Source: Caecitellus pseudoparvulus (Eukaryota > Protista > Bigyra: Bicosoecida). Taken from it: a stretch of 48,567 nucleotides of DNA. Where the stretch lies: NCBI GenBank assembly GCA_965644315.1, contig CBFFRQ010000123.1, positions 1 through 48,567 on the forward strand, written 5' to 3'. A program made the translations under genes and the position numbers. This document shows, one piece after another, positions 44,759-48,567 of the stretch. Each line of letters starts with the position of its first letter. The first letter of the stretch is position 1. The notes under the pieces are model-generated. The model did not search any database, had not been told where the DNA came from, and saw only the letters and a list, made by a program, of their open reading frames with translations.

Positions 44759-47700
44759 TCACGCGCGGATGCCCAAGCTCAGGTACTGGAACGTGTCATA
44801 CATGGACGTCGAGAAGGCTTCGGCGCTGCTGTTGATGAGGCCGTTCATGAAGTCAGCGACCTGCGAGTCTGTGTTGAGGTGTGGCGCGAAGCGGCTGTTC
44901 AGCTCGGACATGACCGCTGCGGGGCCTTTCTGGAAACACGGCAGGTGGCTATTGCCGGCCAGCGTCATCTCGACGAGGAGCAGCAGCTTGGGAGCTGCCT
45001 TGCGCAGGGCCATGAAGCCTCGAATGCAGAGAGACCGGTAGTAGCTGAACAACCTGCTGTCCTTGCCCCCCAGCACGCTGACAAAGTCTGCCGTCAGCTT
45101 GAACGGCGCCGCCTCAAAGTTCATGTTGCCGCCAGGGGAGGAGGTGAAGAGGAACCCGAAGTCGATGTGGATGATGTGCCCGTTGGCATCCAGGAGGATG
45201 TTGCCGTTGTGGCGGTCCTTGATCTGCAGCAGGTAGCAAGCCAGGCTGTACCCAGCCAGGCTCCGGGCAAAGTTCTGCCGAGCCAGGGAGTCCCGCTTGC
45301 TGCCGTGGCGCCCACGTCGGAAGTGCCGCGTGAACCAGTCCGACAAGTCAGTGAAGGAGTCATCGCCGTTCTTGAGCGCGTGCAAGGAGACCGTGTCGGG
45401 GATGGCTTCGATGATGCCGCCGTCCTCGTCTGTGGCCAGAATGTCGTACGGGCGCAGCCACACTGGCACCCCTGCCGCCTTCCAAATGCCTGCCATCTGC
45501 TGCAGCAGCTGGGATGTGAACTGCTCCTGGCGCAAGTCGTCGTGGGACTTGATGATGACGGGCACAAGGCGCCAGCCTTCGTGGTGTCCGTAGGGGGAGC
45601 TGGCTCGCACCTCCTCGGCCTTGTCCTTCCACCGCTGCGTGAAGGCGACGTTCACCACCTGCCCCTCCTCCCCGCCCCCATCCTCCACCACAGACCCCAC
45701 CTCAGACGCCCCACGGGGTCTGTGGCTATCTGCAGCAGCTGCACCACCACCCCCTCGCCTCGCCCCCACGCCGGCAGCGATGGCCTCGTCGATGTCTGAC
45801 ACGCCGCCATTGGCCTCGAAGTCTGTCATGCCGGGCGGGGGGGAGCGCAGAGCAGCAGGGCGCCGGCTGGGCGCGTCCGCCTTCAAGGCGCGCGTTTCCC
45901 CCGCCGAGCTGGAGGTGGGCGCAGCATGGGACGCGCCTGCTCCGACACCATCGCCACGCCCGTGCTGCCACATGCCCAGCGGGTGTGCTCCCGGCCGCTG
46001 CGCGCCTGGCGAGTGCAGGTGGGCATCCACTGCATGCACAGCCTGTGCCGCAGGTGGCGTGTTCTGCCCGTCGCTGTCTGAGAAGACGGAGTCGCCGTCC
46101 CCCTCCTCCAGGTCCGGCGGTGCGCTGGCACGGTCGACACTGCTGCCCACGCCATACCGCGTGCTGTGGTCCAGCGCAGCTCGAGCTCGGGAAGGCGCCT
46201 TCAGGGTCCGCCCCTGCCCGGTGCCTGGCGCCTTGGCATGCTGAGTGGGGGGGAGCAGGCTCTGCTGCGCCGCGAGTGGCGCCTGCTTGCGCGCTGCGCC
46301 GCCCCTGCGCTTGGGCCGGATGCCACGGGGCGGCAGGATGGGGCGTGTAGGGGATGCCCCTGTACCCTTGGCGTCGCCCCAGGCGCCGCTGCGTGCCCCC
46401 TCGCCCCCTCCTGCCGGGCGAGGGGGCGAAATCAACTCAACATGGCCACGCTCGGAGGCACTGGTGCCCCCGCCGTCACTGCTGGATGGCGACGCACCGC
46501 CGTCAGGCAGTGCTTCTGCCACGGAGCCTTGCCGGGCACTGCGCTTGCGCCGCCGCTTCGCGCCCTCCGCCACCGCCCCCGTCGCGCTCTGGGCACGCAT
46601 GTGCAGGCCTTGGAACGCGGCGGTTGCGGCGGCGCCCGCAGCCCGCCCAAACTCCCGCATGCGCTCCGAGGCGTCAGCAAACATGTCTGCGAAGTTGCCC
46701 GACTCCCCCCGGTCGCGCTTGCCCTCGCCGTCTTCCTCACTGCTGCTCTCGCTGTCCCCCAGGCCCCACGTGTACGCAGCGAAGCGGGAGGCCCCGTGCG
46801 CCTCGGGAGCAGAGGGCGGTGGGTGGGCTGGTGCTGGTGCGGCCTTGCGGCCCCTGCGCTGCCGCCGGGCCCGGGCAGCCGACGCGTATGCCGCTGTCGT
46901 GTGCAGCGCATGTGTTTGCTGCCCAGCCAGGTACGCGTCGAGGTTGGAGGCGCCCACCCTTGCGCGGCGGGCGGCGGCCTTGGTGTGTCCGAAGAGGACG
47001 GGGCTGAGCCCCACCACCTCCAGCACTGCCATGAACGGCACGCGCTCCTTGGTCTTGAAGCAGAAGCTGTGCTCGGGGTGCACCGCCACGATGCGGTTAT
47101 GGGGGTCACCCACGGGCACGTATAGCGTCGCCTGCACTCTGTCCCCCACATGGGCTCCAAGGTATGCCGCGGAGATGCCCGCCAAGCGACTGCGCAGGGT
47201 GGGGTTGCGCTGGTCGGCCTCTGTCTCCCGTAGCCGCCGTGAGAGCTGCAGGAATTCATCCCAGAACATGAGGTTTGCGCCGTACCAGGCTGCGGGGCGG
47301 GCAGTGGCGGAACGTGGCGCGATGCGGGCAGGCAGCGCTGCCGCCACCAGCGTCACCTGCTGCTCCTCCTCACTGCCGTTACCCTCCAGGGCATGGTACG
47401 CGTCACTGGCGGGGGGCGGCACTGGCGTCGTGCCCTTGCTGTCTGACAGCAGTGCCTGGGAGGCCAGGGTGTCCTGGGCGCCAGCAGCGGTGGCTGCCTG
47501 GGGTGTCGGGCTGGCCACCAGCTGCATGCTGGACTTGCCCGCCCCCGCCGTGCCGGCCAAGACCAAGCGCCCAGGGCCTGAGTCCATGAAGCGCCGGGCG
47601 GCTGTGCGCCCTGTGGCGGTGATGGCGCGCGTGAGTGGGCACGGGTTGCCATAGAAGTCAGCCAGGGGGTCACCTGTGCCGGGGGCTGCTGGGCGCACCT

Positions 47701-48503
47701 GCTGGGCGACAGAGGACACCAGGGGGCTGGTGAAGGCTGGCGCAGTGCGCACAGCATATGAGTTCAGGAACCAGTGCAAGCGGTGCGCGAAGAGGAGGGA
47801 CCTGTGAGGGGCGGGGGCGGTGCAGTGGCCGCTGCACCGCAAGCGCTTCCCGGCCAAACGCACTTCTCTGCCTGGCCCAGCAGGAAGGTCGCCAGGAGTT
47901 GAGAGTCGGCCATGCCGCCATGCAGCAAGACGTTCATGAGCTGGTGGGGTGTCAGGGAGAGGGGAGGGGGGTGACAGAGAAGGCTTGCCTGGCGGGCGGC
48001 GTGCGTGCCTCCTGCCTGGTGCGCGAGCCACACATGGAACCCAGCAGGCAGCAGTGGATGTTGAGAAAACGCACCTGGGGGGCGTAGAAGCGGAACTGGT
48101 TCGGAAATCTATCGTGGTAGTCATACAACTCCGCGTCCACATTCTGCGCACAAGCGGCGTGGAGCTCAATGGCGTGGGAAGCTAGCACGAGCACAGGGCG
48201 GAAACTGCGGGGACATGCGCCCTGCCAGCAGCCCCTCACCTCATGAGCATACAGCTTGGCCACGACGTAAAAGGCACTATCGCCACCACTGGCACGACCA
48301 GCGAAGTTCATGACTGCCTGTAGCCGAGCCACTGCCCGTTGAAAGCGGGAGACGATGTTCACCTGTGCTGCGGGGGAAGGCCCGCAGCAGCCACCACAGC
48401 ACTTTGAGCCTTCTTCAGCGGTGCTGTCCATGGCTGTGTACTCGTCTTGCTTCCCCGGACCACAGCACCCGCCACAACAGCCAGCTGCCTGACTGGTCTC
48501 CAT
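44759..48503 (-). CDS. PI4KB: phosphatidylinositol 4-kinase type III beta (PIK1-like)
   Basis: FYAPQL..LL; FAHRLHWFL; FKTKERVPF; IIKSHDDLRQEQF; QIKDRHNGNILLD; HIDFGF; FEAAPFKLT. Introns at 48144-48239, 47941-48074 and 47802-47863. Confidence 0.92.
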
Positions 48504-48567
48504 GTTCAGCAAAGGCGTGCAAGAGTCAGCGAGAGGCAGCGGAGGGCTCGGCGCTCCCGCCAGGGTG

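Noticed and set aside
2976-48239. Several stop-free introns of length 3n as an enrichment signal
   Set aside because: About 7 of roughly 33 introns were noted, which is no more than expected by chance in GC-rich DNA.
6760-48503. Apparent lipid/membrane gene cluster (ERG24, LOA1, Dispatched-like, PI4K, Roadblock-like)
   Set aside because: The genes are interspersed with unrelated housekeeping genes and do not form a single pathway.

Overview
GC-rich, very gene-dense eukaryotic nuclear DNA with the standard genetic code (TAA, TAG and TGA all used as stops). It carries about 33 canonical GT-AG introns, mostly 60-110 nt, with donors mainly GTGAGn, GTGCGT or GTACGy. Gene content and splice signals suggest a flagellated protist, possibly a heterotrophic stramenopile (inference only). 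I reconstructed 17 gene models by hand: a CR/Crinkler-like P-loop NTPase (possibly broken), PRP31, MCU, ERG24/LBR-type sterol reductase, a giant LRR/coiled-coil/Sfi1-repeat protein, DUF4336, an RRM-RGG protein, CFAP96-like, a 1.8k-aa hypothetical, TMTC, LOA1/VPS66-like acyltransferase, a small lipid-anchored Roadblock/MglB-like protein visible only after splicing, eIF3L, a hypothetical, a Dispatched-like RND protein, 3R-MYB and PI4K-III-beta. The most unusual signal is architectural. 13 of 16 gene junctions switch strand, and six of seven convergent pairs have stop codons only 10-29 nt apart. The palindrome TGCA (often TGCATT) lies in six of the seven gaps, a candidate shared bidirectional 3'-end processing signal. 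No tRNA, rRNA, CRISPR or recognisable transposase was seen. Family calls come from motif recognition, not database searches.
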